A stretch of 64,000 nucleotides of DNA from Macrostomum lignano (taxonomy: Eukaryota), in assembly GCA_002269645.1 (NCBI GenBank), contig NIVC01000509.1:186001-250000 (forward strand), given 5' to 3'. Position numbers and translations under genes: made by a program. The notes beneath the pieces were generated by a model. That model worked only from the letters and a program-made list of their open reading frames with translations. It did not search any database and was not told the DNA's origin. Below, piece by piece: positions 1 through 11,400 of this stretch; positions within the stretch are counted from its first letter, which is position 1, and each line of letters begins with the position of its first letter.

Positions 1-803
1 AATGGCACTTATCTAGAACAGAAATGGCACTTATCTAAAACAGAAATGGCACTTATCTAGAACAGAAATGGCACTTATCTAAAACAGAAATGGCACATAT
101 CTAGACAGAAATGGCACTTATCTAGAAAGAAATGGCACTTACTCGTATCTGACAGAAATAGCACTTATCTAGAGCAGAAATGGCACTTATCTAGAAAAAA
201 ATGGCACTTACTCGTATCTGACAGAAATGGCACTTATCTAGAGCAGAAATGGCACTTATCTAGAACAGAAATGGCACTTATCTAGACAGAAATGGCACTT
301 ACTCGTATCTGACAGAAATGGCACTTATCTAAAACAGAAATGGCACTTATCTAGACAGAAATGGCACTTATCTAGACAGAAATGGCACTTATCTAGACAG
401 AAATGGCACTTATCTAGACAGAAATGGCACTTATCTAGACAGAAATGGCACTTATCTAGAACAGAAATGGCACTTATCTAGACAGAAATGGCACTTATCT
501 AGAACAGAAATGGCACTTATCTAGACAGAAATGGCACTTATCTAGACAGAAATGGCACTTATCTAGACAGAAATGGCACTTATCTAGACAGAAATGGCAC
601 TTATCTAGACAGAAATGGCACTTATCTAGACAGAAATGGCACTTATCTAGACAGAAATGGCACTTATCTAGACAGAAATGGCACTTATCTAGACAGAAAT
701 GGCACTTATCTAGACAGAAATGGCACTTATCTAGACAGAAATGGCACTTATCTAGACAGAAATGGCACTTATCTAGACAGAAATGGCACTTATCTAGACA
801 GAA
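1..803. repeat. 21-22-bp minisatellite (GAAATGGCACTTATCTAGACA)n
   Basis: About 37 tandem units, running off the window edge, in the intron after the minus-strand GATA finger exon. Confidence 0.97.
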
Positions 804-873
804 AGGTTCAATTCATACGAATTAGTACAAAATTAAACGATTAGCGTTCTAAAGCGTGCAGAGAGGTCCTTAC

Positions 874-3800
874 CAAGTGCAGCTTGTAGTAAAGTCCGCA
901 CGCGTTGCACACGGTTGAACCCGTGACTGCGTCCCGTCTCCACAGGGTTGTCTCGGTTGTGCCGCAGTTGGTGCACTGCTGCTGAAGCTGCGGCTGTTGC
1001 TGCTGCTGTTGCTGCTGTTGCTGCTGCAGGTATTGCACTTTTGACTCAGACTGCTTTTGAGTCTGCTGCGTGCGCGGCACTGACTGGAGCATTGACCAGC
1101 TGGCTTGGTGATCCATCTGTGGATTCATGAGTGAGGTCTTGTTATGGAGTGAGGTCATGTATGGAGTGAGTTCATGTATGGAGTGAGGTCATGTATGGAG
1201 TGAGTTCATGTATGGAGTGAGTTCATGTATGGAGTGAGTTCATGTATGGAGTGAGGTCATGTATGGAGTGAGTTCATGTATGGAGTGAGGTCATGTATGG
1301 AGTGAGTTCATGTATGGAGTGAGGTCATGTATGGAGTGAGTTCATGTATGGAGTGAGATCATGTATGGAGTGAGTTATTTTTCAGTTCTGACTCACGGGT
1401 TCTCAGAAAAAAGCAAATTATTTCCTACTTTGCTAATCCAAAAGAACCGATTTACTCAAGTTGAGAAAATCACACCAGAAGAGAACTTAAATCTTTAAAG
1501 AGGCGTTGAGAAACAAAGAAGCAGCATGGCGGGTTCTTTGATTTAAGCTTTGTGAACTGCATGGCCTGTTTATTCTTTTCTGCTTTTACTTTGCTTGCCT
1601 TCTCTGTCCCAGGGGTGCTGGCGTGTGGGTGGAACCAGGGCTATCAATCAGGACCGAGTCTTATGAACAAATTACAGGCTGGGTGCAATTGCAGTACTCG
1701 AAAGAAAGAGCTTGCATAAGTGAGAATTTCAGTTCTAGTTTCACTTTCACAGTGATATTTTTGTTGTTTCGCCATTTTTATAGGGGAATGTAAAAATTTC
1801 ACGGCAAAAAAGATTCCAGATCCTAGACCGGAAATCCTTAATCCCAAATCCCCAATCCCAGATCCCCAATATCGAATCCCAGATCCCCAATCCCAGATCC
1901 CCAATCCCAGATGCCCAATCCCAGATCCCCAATCCTAGATCCCCAATTCCAGATCCCCAATCCTAGATCCCCAATCCCAGATCTCCAATCCTAAATCCCA
2001 AATCCCAAATCCCCAATCCCAAATCCCCAATCCCAAATCCCCAATCCTAAATCCCCAATCCCAGATCCCCAATATCGAATCCCAGATCCCCAATCCCAGA
2101 TCCCCAATCCCAGATGCCCAATCCCAGATCCCCAATCCTAGATCCCCAATTCCAGATCCCCAATCCTAGATCCCCAATCCCAGATCTCCAATCCTAAATC
2201 CCCAATCCCAGATCCCCAATATCGAATCCCAGATCCCCAATCCCAGATCCCCAATCCCAGATGCCCAATCCCAGATCCCCAATCCTAGATCCCCAATTCC
2301 AGATCCCCAATCCTAGATCCCCAATCCCAGATCTCCAATCCTAAATCCCCAATCCCAGATCCCCAATATCGAATCCCAGATCCCCAATCCCAGATCCCCA
2401 ATCCCAGATCCCCAATCCCAGATCCCCAATCCCAGATCCCCAATCCCAGATCCCCAATCCCAGATCCCCAATCCCAGATCCCCAATCCCAGATCCCCAAT
2501 CCCAGATCCCCAATCCCAGATCCCCAATCCCAGATCCCCAATCCCAGATCCCCAATCCCAGATCCCCAATCCCAGATCCCCAATCCCAGATCCCCAATCC
2601 CAGATCCCCAATCCCAGATCCCCAATCCCAGATCCCCAATCCCAGATCCCCAATCCTAAATCCCCAATCCCAGATCCCCAATCCCAGATCCCCAATCCCA
2701 GATCCCCAATCCCAGATCTCAATCAAGTAGACTCACAGCCATACTCTCGACACTGCTGCAGTGGCTGCTGCTACTGCTGGGCCCAAATTCCGTCAGGTAC
2801 AGGTGCGGAAGCTGAGGCTGCGGCTGCAGCTCAGAAATCCATGAATTGTCTAAAATTGAAAATTGTCTAATATAATTCTTTTAAGACAGTCATGAGATAA
2901 AATTTTGGTCACTCTCCAGTCTCGAATGTTCGAATATTCGAACTAATGGGAAAGCTAGCTTCGAATATGGAGTGGAGAAGATAGATAACACTATTTACTT
3001 TTGTATTACACAAGGGCTTTGTCCCAATCTACTCCACTCCCATGCGTGAGGAGAGAGAGAGAGGGTCAGAAATGAAATGACTTTACCCTCTGGTACATGT
3101 TTTCTACCCAGCAACCCTAGATTCGGTTCGGTGGCTTTTCAAGGTTATTTGACACAAATACCTTTCTAGCGGTGCTTATGAGGACTTCAGGTTGCTATAG
3201 TGGGACTTCAGGTTGCAAAGAATAGGACTTCAGGTTGCTTTAGTGGGACTTCAGGTTGCAAAGAATAGGACTTCAGGTTGCTTTAGTTGGACTTCAGGTT
3301 GCTATAGTGGGACTTCAGGTTGCTATAGTGGGACTTCAGGTTGCAAAGAATAGGACTTCAGGTTGCTTTAGTGGGACTTCAGGTTGCAAAGAATAGGACT
3401 TCAGGTTGCTATAGTGGGACTTCAGGTTGCTTTAGTGGGACTTCAGGTTGCAAAGAATAGGACTTCAGGTTGCTTTAGTTGGACTTCAGGTTGCTATAGT
3501 GTGACTTCAGGCTGCTATAGTGGGACTTCAGGCTGCTATAGTGGGACTTCAGGTTGTTATAGTGGGACTTCAGGTTGCTATAGTGTGACTTCAGGCTGCT
3601 ATAGTGGGACTTCAGGTTGTTATAGTGGGACTTCAGGTTGTTATAGTGGGACTTCAGGTTGCTATAGTGTGACTTCAGGCTGCTATAGTGGGACTTCAGG
3701 TTGTTATAGTGGGACTTCAGGTTGCAAAGAATAGGACTTCAGGTTGCTTTAGTGGGACTTCAGGTTGCTATAGTGGGACTTTAGGTTGCTATAGTGTGAC

Positions 3801-5739
3801 TTCAGGTTGCTATAGTGGGACTTCAGGTTGCAAAGAATAGGACTTCAGGTTGCTATAGTGGGACCTCAGGTTGCGATAGTGGGACTTAGGTTGCTATAGT
3901 GGGACTTCAGGTTGCTAAAGTGGGACTTCAGGTTGCTATAGTGGGACTTCAAGTTGCTATAGTGGGACTTCAGGTTGCTAAAGTGGGACTTCAGGTTGCT
4001 ATAGTGGGACCTCAGGTTGCGATAGTGGTACTTAGGTTGCTATAGTGGGACTTCAGGTTGCTAAAGTGGGACTTCAGGTTGCTAAAGTGGGACTTCAGGT
4101 TGCTAAAGTGGGACTTCAGGCTGCTAAAGTGGGACTTCAGGTTGCTAAAGTGGGACTTCAGGTTCTGAAGCACGCAGAAAACAAATCTGAGGATCAAATA
4201 GATTCATTCATCAAGCAAATCGAACTCACAATGCGATGAGTCGTTGGTGGTCAGCGTGGCGCAGCAGTCTTGCTGCAGATTGCTTTCGTTGTCAGTCGAA
4301 TTGCTTGACCGATAAAAGCAGCAATTGGTGTTGTTGCAGCCGCAGCCGGTCATCCCGTCTGACTGGCCGTGATAGTTGTAAAATCTGTCCTCGTAGGAGC
4401 TCTGCGACTGCGGAACCCCTGCGATGCTGGGACACTCGGCATCATAATAGAAGCCGGCTCTCCCGCCATCGAATGCTTCAGTTGTTGAATATACCGACTG
4501 GAATTCTTGAAGCTCTTGAAGTTGCAGCACTGTCTGCGGTTGCATCTGTTCGATGTCTGATTTGGTGTCTGAGGTCTCCTGCACTACGGTTGCAGGGTCG
4601 GGATTGATCCACGGATGAGATGGATGCTGCAAGGCGAGATGAGGCGTTACCATGGTTGAGTCTTTTGAGATGTTTAGATATGGTTGATTTGACATGGATA
4701 GCAACACAAGAATTTCAGCATAAATAAATAGATGAGCAATTGGGTGCCTATATGAGCAATCGGGTGTCAATATGAGCAATCGGGTGTCAATATGAGCAAT
4801 CGGGTGTCAATATGAGCAATCGGGTGTCAATATGAGCAATCGGGTGTCAATATGAGCAATCGGGTGCCTATATGAGCAATCGGGTGGCTATATGAGCAAT
4901 CGGGTGCCAATATGAGCAATGGGGTGTCAATATGAGCAATCGAGTGCCTATATGAGCAATCGGGTGTCAATATGAGCAATCGGGTGCCAATATGAGCAAT
5001 CGGGTGCCTATATGAGCAATCGGGTGCCAATATGAGCAATCGGATGCCTATATGAGCAATCGGGTGCCTATATGAGCAATCGGGTGCCAATATGAGCAAT
5101 CGGGTGCCTATATGAGCAATCGGGTGCCTATATGAGCAATCGGGTGCCTATATGAGCAATCGGGTGTCAATATGAGCAATCGGGTGCCAATATGAGCAAT
5201 CGGGTGGCTATATGAGCAATCGGGTGGCTATATGAGCAATCGGGTGTCAATATGAGCAATCGGGTGTCAATATGAGCAATCGGGTGTCAATATGAGCAAT
5301 CGGGTGTCAATATGAGCAATCGGGTGTCAATATGAGCAATCGGGTGCCTATATGAGCAATCGGGTGGCTATATGAGCAATCGGGTGTCAATATGAGCAAT
5401 CGGGTGTCAATATGAGCAATCGGGTGTCAATATGAGCAATCGGGTGCCTATATGAGCAATCGGGTGGCTATATGAGCAATCGGGTGTCAATATGAGCAAT
5501 CGGGTGTCAATATGAGCAATGGGGTGTCAATATGAGTAATCGGGTGTCAATATGAGCATAATAATACAAGCCGACCAACATGCTGTAAGTCAGTTCAAGG
5601 AAACTGTACTTATCATTAGCACCTGAAAGCAACTAACCTGCAACGCGGGTGACCTCTGCTGCTCCATCTCCAGCACCCAGTCCGCCAGATCGCTAAACTC
5701 TTTGCAGTCCTGCTCTTGTGGCACAGTCATGAGATGCAT
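874..5739 (-). CDS. Single-zinc-finger GATA transcription factor, 3'-partial. Coding exons 5739-5638, 4626-4230, 2849-2737, 1116-874; the next exon lies left of base 1
   Basis: Exon 1116-874 encodes poly-Q then [34 protein letters not shown] and ends at TTG|gtaagg, the usual GATA C-finger intron position. The upstream exons join through canonical sites in matching phases: ttttttcag|..ATG, CAG|gttagt (0), ccttgcag|CAT, CATT|gtgagt (1), ttttag|AC, GCT|gtgagt (0), ccacag|ATG. This gives 285 open codons. Confidence 0.85.
1128..1377. repeat. 17-bp minisatellite (ATGGAGTGAGKTCATGT)n
   Basis: About 14 tandem units, abutting the acceptor at 1117. Confidence 0.95.
1835..2722. repeat. 14-bp minisatellite (GATCCCCAATCCCA)n
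   Basis: About 60 units; G-rich on the minus strand. Confidence 0.97.
3183..4165. repeat. 21-bp minisatellite (GGGACTTCAGGTTGCTATAGT)n
   Basis: Tandem units with a recurrent GCAAAGAATA variant. Confidence 0.97.
4733..5557. repeat. 20-bp minisatellite (TATGAGCAATCGGGTGTCAA)n
   Basis: About 40 units filling the first coding intron of the minus-strand GATA gene. Confidence 0.97.
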
Positions 5740-6017
5740 TTTCAATTGAGTCTGAAAAAAGCAACTTCAATTCTAAACATTGGCCTGGCGTGACTTTTAT
5801 AGGCTTAGAATAGCTGAATCTTAATTGGATGGCATTTGGTCGGATATGTTGAGGGCGGACAGTCCAGCCAACCAGAACCCGCTGTGCCCCTCGAAGCTCA
5901 AAGTGAGGCTGTTTGTATTGACATGGACGCCTAAACAGAGGGAACTGGAATGGAATAGCATGAAAGATCCATGAGCTATTATCGCGCTTTATGAATGACA
6001 TCAGCTCCTGCATGAGG

Positions 6018-6660
6018 AGACAGGGGTGCGAACCTAAGAGACAGGGGCGCCAACCTTACAGAAAGGGGCGCCAACCTTACAGACCGGGGCGCCAACCTAA
6101 GAGACAGTGGCGCCAACCTAAAAAACAGTGGCGCCAACCTAAGAGACAGTGGCGCCAACCTAAGAGACAGTGGCGCCAACCTAAGAGAAAGTGGCGCCAA
6201 CCTAAGAGACAGTGGCGCCAACCTAAGAGAAAGTGGCGCCAACCTAAAGAACAGTGGCGCCAACCTAAGAAACAGTGGCGCCAACCTAAAAAACAGTGGC
6301 GCCAACCTAAAAAACAGTGGCGCCAACCTAAAAAACAGGGCGCCAACCTAAGAGACAGTGACGCCAACCTAAGAGACAGTGGCGCCAACCTAAGAGACAG
6401 TGGCGCCAACCTAAAAAACAGGGGCGCCAACCTAAAAGACAGTGACGCCAACCTAAGAGATGGGAACGCCAATCTAAGAGGCGGCGCCAAACTAAGAGAC
6501 AGGGGCACTGTCCTTGGAGGGCACCGGCCTTTGGGGGCACTGTCCTTGGGGGTCACTGCCCTTGGGGGGCACTGTCCTTGGGGGTCACTGTCCTTGGGGG
6601 CACTGTCCTTGGGGGGCACTGTCCTTGGGGGGCACTGTCTTTGGGGGGGCACTGCCCTGG
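6018..6660. repeat. 21-bp (GGCGCCAACCTAAGAGACAGT)n followed by 15-16-bp (GGGGGCACTGTCCTT)n
   Basis: Two adjacent tandem arrays visible directly in the sequence. Confidence 0.93.
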
Positions 6661-7333
6661 GTTGGCGTCAGTCTGGTAGGTCAGCCAGTTTCTTTTGAAT
6701 TTAGCGACTTGACTGAGTCTCGACAATACACTCCTTAGCAAATCCCCGTGCGCTTTTCGAATTTATCGGCATCTCACAGACAGTCACTGAGTCTCCGGCG
6801 GCGGCGTAGGCAGCAGACAGGGGACGAGACTGTGACGCCAAAAGCCACACACAGTGCAGGACTTTCCCACCCACCCTGGTCAACCGCTCCCACTCGTTCC
6901 CCGACCCAAATCCCCCTACTTAATTAATTTCCCACAAAACGATTGGGCAGAAGTCGGTAAGGATCTGACACAGCACACGTCTCCTGTTCCGGTGTTGTCT
7001 GTCCATCTGCCTATGAAAATATTAGCGGGGAAGAGAAATTGCCACAATCGAGTGAGTGTTTCCCACGGACATGGGAATATAGAGTTATCTTACAAGAATC
7101 AGGTTTTGCTCGACCTACATGAGTTCTGTCAGCGAACAGAAGTTCGAAGTTCGAGTTACATGCGTGTTGCCAAGCCAACGGACCATTTCCTGGGAATATT
7201 GAGCTGTTAAGTCTCAATACGTGCAGTGGCGTTCTCACAAACTGTACGCTGTGAAAATTTTATATTCTGGTGAAGATTCTGGTTTGTGAATTCAACCGTT
7301 TAGTTCAGGGGCAGGGGTTGGCAATTTTTTTGA

Positions 7334-8085
7334 GAGGAGAGGAGAGGAGAGGAGAGGAGAGGAGAGGAGAGGAGAGGAGAGGAGAGGAGAGGAGAGGAGA
7401 GGAGAGGAGATTAGAGAGAGGAGATTAGAGAGAGGAGATTAGAGAGAGGAGATTAGATAGAAAAGATTAGAGAGAAGACATTAAAGAGAGGAGATTAGAG
7501 AGAGGAGATTAGAGAGAGGAGATTAGAGAGAGGAGATTAGAGAGAGGAGATTAGATAGAAAAGATTAGAGAGAAGAGATTAGAGAGAGGAGATTAGAGAG
7601 AGGAGATTAGATAGAAAAGATTAGAGAGAGGAGATTAGAGAGAGGAGATTAGAGAGAGGAGATTAGAGAGAGGAGATTAGAGAGAGGAGATTAGAGAGAG
7701 GAGATTAGAGAGAAGAGATTAGAGAGAAGAGATTAGAGAGAGGAGATTAGAGAGAGGAGATTAGAGAGAGGAGATTAGAGAGAGGAGATTAGAGAGAGGA
7801 GATTAGAGAGAGGAGATTAGAGAGAAGAGATTAGAGAGAAGAGATTAGAGAGAAGAGATTAGAGAGAGGAGATTAGAGAGAGGAGATTAGAGAGAGGAGA
7901 TTAGAGAGAGGAGATTAGAGAGAGGAGATTAGATAGAAAAGATTAGAGAGAAGAGATTAGAGAGAGGAGATTAGAGAGAGGAGATTAGAGAGAGGAGATT
8001 AGAGAGAGGAGATTAGATAGAAAAGATTAGAGAGAGGAGATTAGAGAGAAGAGATTAGAGAGAGGAGATTAGAGAGAAGAGAGCC
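7334..8085. repeat. (GAGGA)n grading into 14-bp (GATTAGAGAGAGGA)n polypurine array
   Basis: Tandem units read directly. Confidence 0.96.
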
Positions 8086-8463
8086 GAGAAGAGACACAAA
8101 CCCTGAGCTATTAATTGCTATTGGATTGCTATTGTGAAGTTTCAAAGGACCCGAGGCCCGGATGGAGAGGCTTGGCACAAGCCGCAGTTTGCCTACCCCT
8201 GAAGCTTCTGGCTTGTAGCTTATGACCTAATACAATAAAATTCGTGTTTAATTCTTTGTGTAAAATTTCACATTTTTAACTTACAAGACCAGAGAATACG
8301 CTGGCAGTCCATGCAGCAGTCTATGGCTAAAAATGCACATAACATATGCGAAGGATGGTTCAACGAATTCACACTTTATCTAGAATTCAATCTACCCAAT
8401 GAATGTGTTGATTCAGATTCACCAAGCCCGTAATCATACATTGCACTGACTTCAGTTCAAAGC

Positions 8464-11400
8464 ATGGCTCCCACAATCGGCAAACTGAACAACTCCCTGT
8501 CGCCAGGCGGTTCAATGCAGGGCACCATGGGCGGCGCCACGGTCTCAGGCGGGACCATGCAAGGCACAATGCAGGGCTACGGCACGCCAGTAGGCGCCGC
8601 TGCTGCCGCGGCTCTGACGTTCGGCATCACCAAAGAGCAGGCCGTCAACTGGGTTGTGCTGGCCACTTTTGTGCCCAGCGAGCTGTCTGCCAGCTGCGGC
8701 GGGACCGGCACCCTGCGTCGGGGACTGGCATTCGTCACCTATCTGAAGTACATCAGCGAGGCCAATAAACGGAGGGTCAACTGCCAGGTTGGCGGCGCTG
8801 TACTTTGCGGGGTGTTTTTGGTTCACTAAAATAATGGCCTAAGCTTAGAATGGGGTTTACATTATGGGGAATGAATACTAATAATATAGCAATTGATTAC
8901 ATTACACCTGCCCCAATTGGGCCTGCTGTCCAACCGACAGCTCAGCCGCAGCTATTGCGCGGCGCATCTGAAGGCTGCGTACGGCTGTTCAGTCCAAGCA
9001 CTGGGGGGTCGCCACACACCCTCAATTACCCTGGCACCCATTTTACAGCTCGGTGAACTGAAGCAATGCAGAGTTAAGTATATCTTGCTCAAGGACACAA
9101 ATTGTTCCAGTGGGAGCGGGAATCGAACCCCCGACCTTCAAGTCGTGAGTCCGAAGCTCTGACCACTATAGGCTGCAACCCCTTCCATTGGTGCCAACAT
9201 CGCTAGCAACGAAAGCAAAGACCATCATGCACGCCTCATCTCGCAGGACCTCATGGCCACCAGCCTGACCACCGTCCTGCCCCTGACCACCAGCGGCGAC
9301 TACATCCGCCTTGACCAGAAGTCCCGCCTGCAGTCCTCCGCCATCTCGGGCGCATTGTTAGGCAACCAGTGCAGCTTCGCCTCGGGCGAGCCGGTTGAGC
9401 ACCTGGACTACGCCATGATCGGCGCCCCGCTGCGCTGTGTGCAGGGTCTGGACAGCGGCGAGATGGCCCTGCTGATTGACGCGCCTAAAAGCCAGACTCT
9501 GATCTGGGAGGCGCCGCACCGGCCCGGCACCTACCGAGGCCCGATGAAGATGCTGGACATCGACTGCGAGAGCTGCGTGACCATCGCAAGGGAATTCGAT
9601 GTGGACATTGTGCTGTGCCGGCATGGGGCCATCAGCTGCTACCCGCTCGGCGGGAGCCAATGCAGAAGGTTGGATAAGGGTATGAGGGAGATAAAGAAGG
9701 AGATGGAGAGAAGGAGACTGGGGTTGTGGGTAGAGATGGAGATTGGGAAGTGAGTGAGATGAGATGTAGAGAGAGAGATGAGATGAAACTGGAGGGAGGG
9801 GTGAGAGGTAGAGAGAGCTGTAGAGAGAGACTGGAGGGAGGGGTGAGAGGTAGAGAGAGATGGAGAGGGAGACTGGAGGGAGGGTGAGATGTAGAGAGAG
9901 ATGGAGAGGGAGACTGGAGGGAGGGTGAGATGTAGAGAGAGATAGAGAGGGAGACTGGAGGGAGGGTGAGAGGTAGAGAGAGATGGAGAGGGAGACTGGA
10001 GGGAGGGTGAGAGGTAGAGAGAGATGGAGAGGGAGACTGGAGGGAGGGTGAGAGGTAGAGAGAGATGGAGAGGGAGACTGGAGGGAGGGTGAGAGGTAGA
10101 GAGGGATGGAGAGAGAGACTGGAGGGAGGGTGAGAGGTAGATACTCTTTTTAAGCCTTCCCACCGCCCCTCACCCACCCCCCTCCCTCGCCCCAACAGAA
10201 TGGTGAACCCCACCTTTCAAGGCTGCTACCTGTCTTTTGTGTACTTCGACAGGCTGGACAGCCAGATCTACGCTGTGGACAAATCCGACCTGAAGCTCAT
10301 CTTCCGCTTCGATGCTTGGTCAGTTTTTACCGGATTGTATGAGTACTTTTTGCCGATTTCCTGCACTCAAATTTTGAATTTCTGACCCTGCTAAATCCGG
10401 TATAGTCTGTCCCATTGACTTTTCTCATTCTGTCACTCTCTCCGGTCACTCTCTCCGGTCACTCTCTCTGTCACTCTCTCTGTTACTCTCTCTTGTCACT
10501 CTCTCCTGTCACTCTCTCCTGTCACTCTCTCCTGTCACTCTCTCCTGTCACTCTCTCCTGTCACTGTCTCCTGTCACTCCCGTCTGTTACTCTCATGTCA
10601 CTCTCTTCTATCACTCTGTCCTGTCACTCTGTCCTGTCACTCTCTCCTGTCACTCTCTCCTGTCACTCTGTCCTGTCACTCTCTCCTGTCACTCTCTCCT
10701 GTCATTCTCTCCTGTCACTATCTCCTGTCACTCTCTCTCTCCCTCTGGCATACTGCATTCTGGCCCTCTCTCTGTCATTTTCCGTTTATCACTCTCTCTT
10801 GTCACTCTCTCCTGTCACTCTCTTCTGTCACTCTCTCCTGTCACTCTCTTCTGTCACTCTCTCCTGTCACTCTCTTCTGTCACTCTCTCCTGTCACTCTC
10901 TTTGTCACTCTCTCCTGTCACTCTATTCTGTCACTGTCCCTGTTACTATTTCGTGTCACTCTCTCTATCACTCTCATTCCGTTACTCTCTCGTGTCACTC
11001 TCTCTGTCACTCTCTCTGTTACTCTCTCCTGTCACAGGCCAACAGCAGGCCCATATATGCCCCTGATTATCAGGGGACCAAGCCATTGCTGCAATGCTGA
11101 AGCTCAAGGATAAATATGGATTATAGAACCTGAAGAGAACTTGTGCATGGGAACCAGACTGCCTGACTGACTGTGCCACCAGCTATAGCCACCCCAAGCC
11201 AGCTAAAGATTATGTTTAAGACTATAATATTACAATTTTTTCAAATAAAAGAAACACCGATCTCACAGGAAAATCACCCGGAGGTCTCTCATGAGTTGAG
11301 CATTACTGCAGCTGTGAGCAGCCGGCCCATGCAGTCAGCCAGCAACACTGATAAGCGGCTTCGCTACTTGACTGCACGGCACTTCATGGGTGGCCACCCA

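Noticed and set aside
1590-1659. Extra exon of the minus-strand GATA gene ([16 protein letters not shown]...)
   Set aside because: It is 70 nt and open only with a phase-1 entry, whereas the flanking exons join cleanly in phase 0.
5693-6013. ORF-track protein MQELMSFIKR...
   Set aside because: The plausible coding exon (5739-5638) is in a different frame with proper splice sites, and the listed ORF has no recognisable features.
9105-9177. Functional tRNA gene
   Set aside because: The acceptor stem does not pair and the sequence runs into a CORE-like SINE body.
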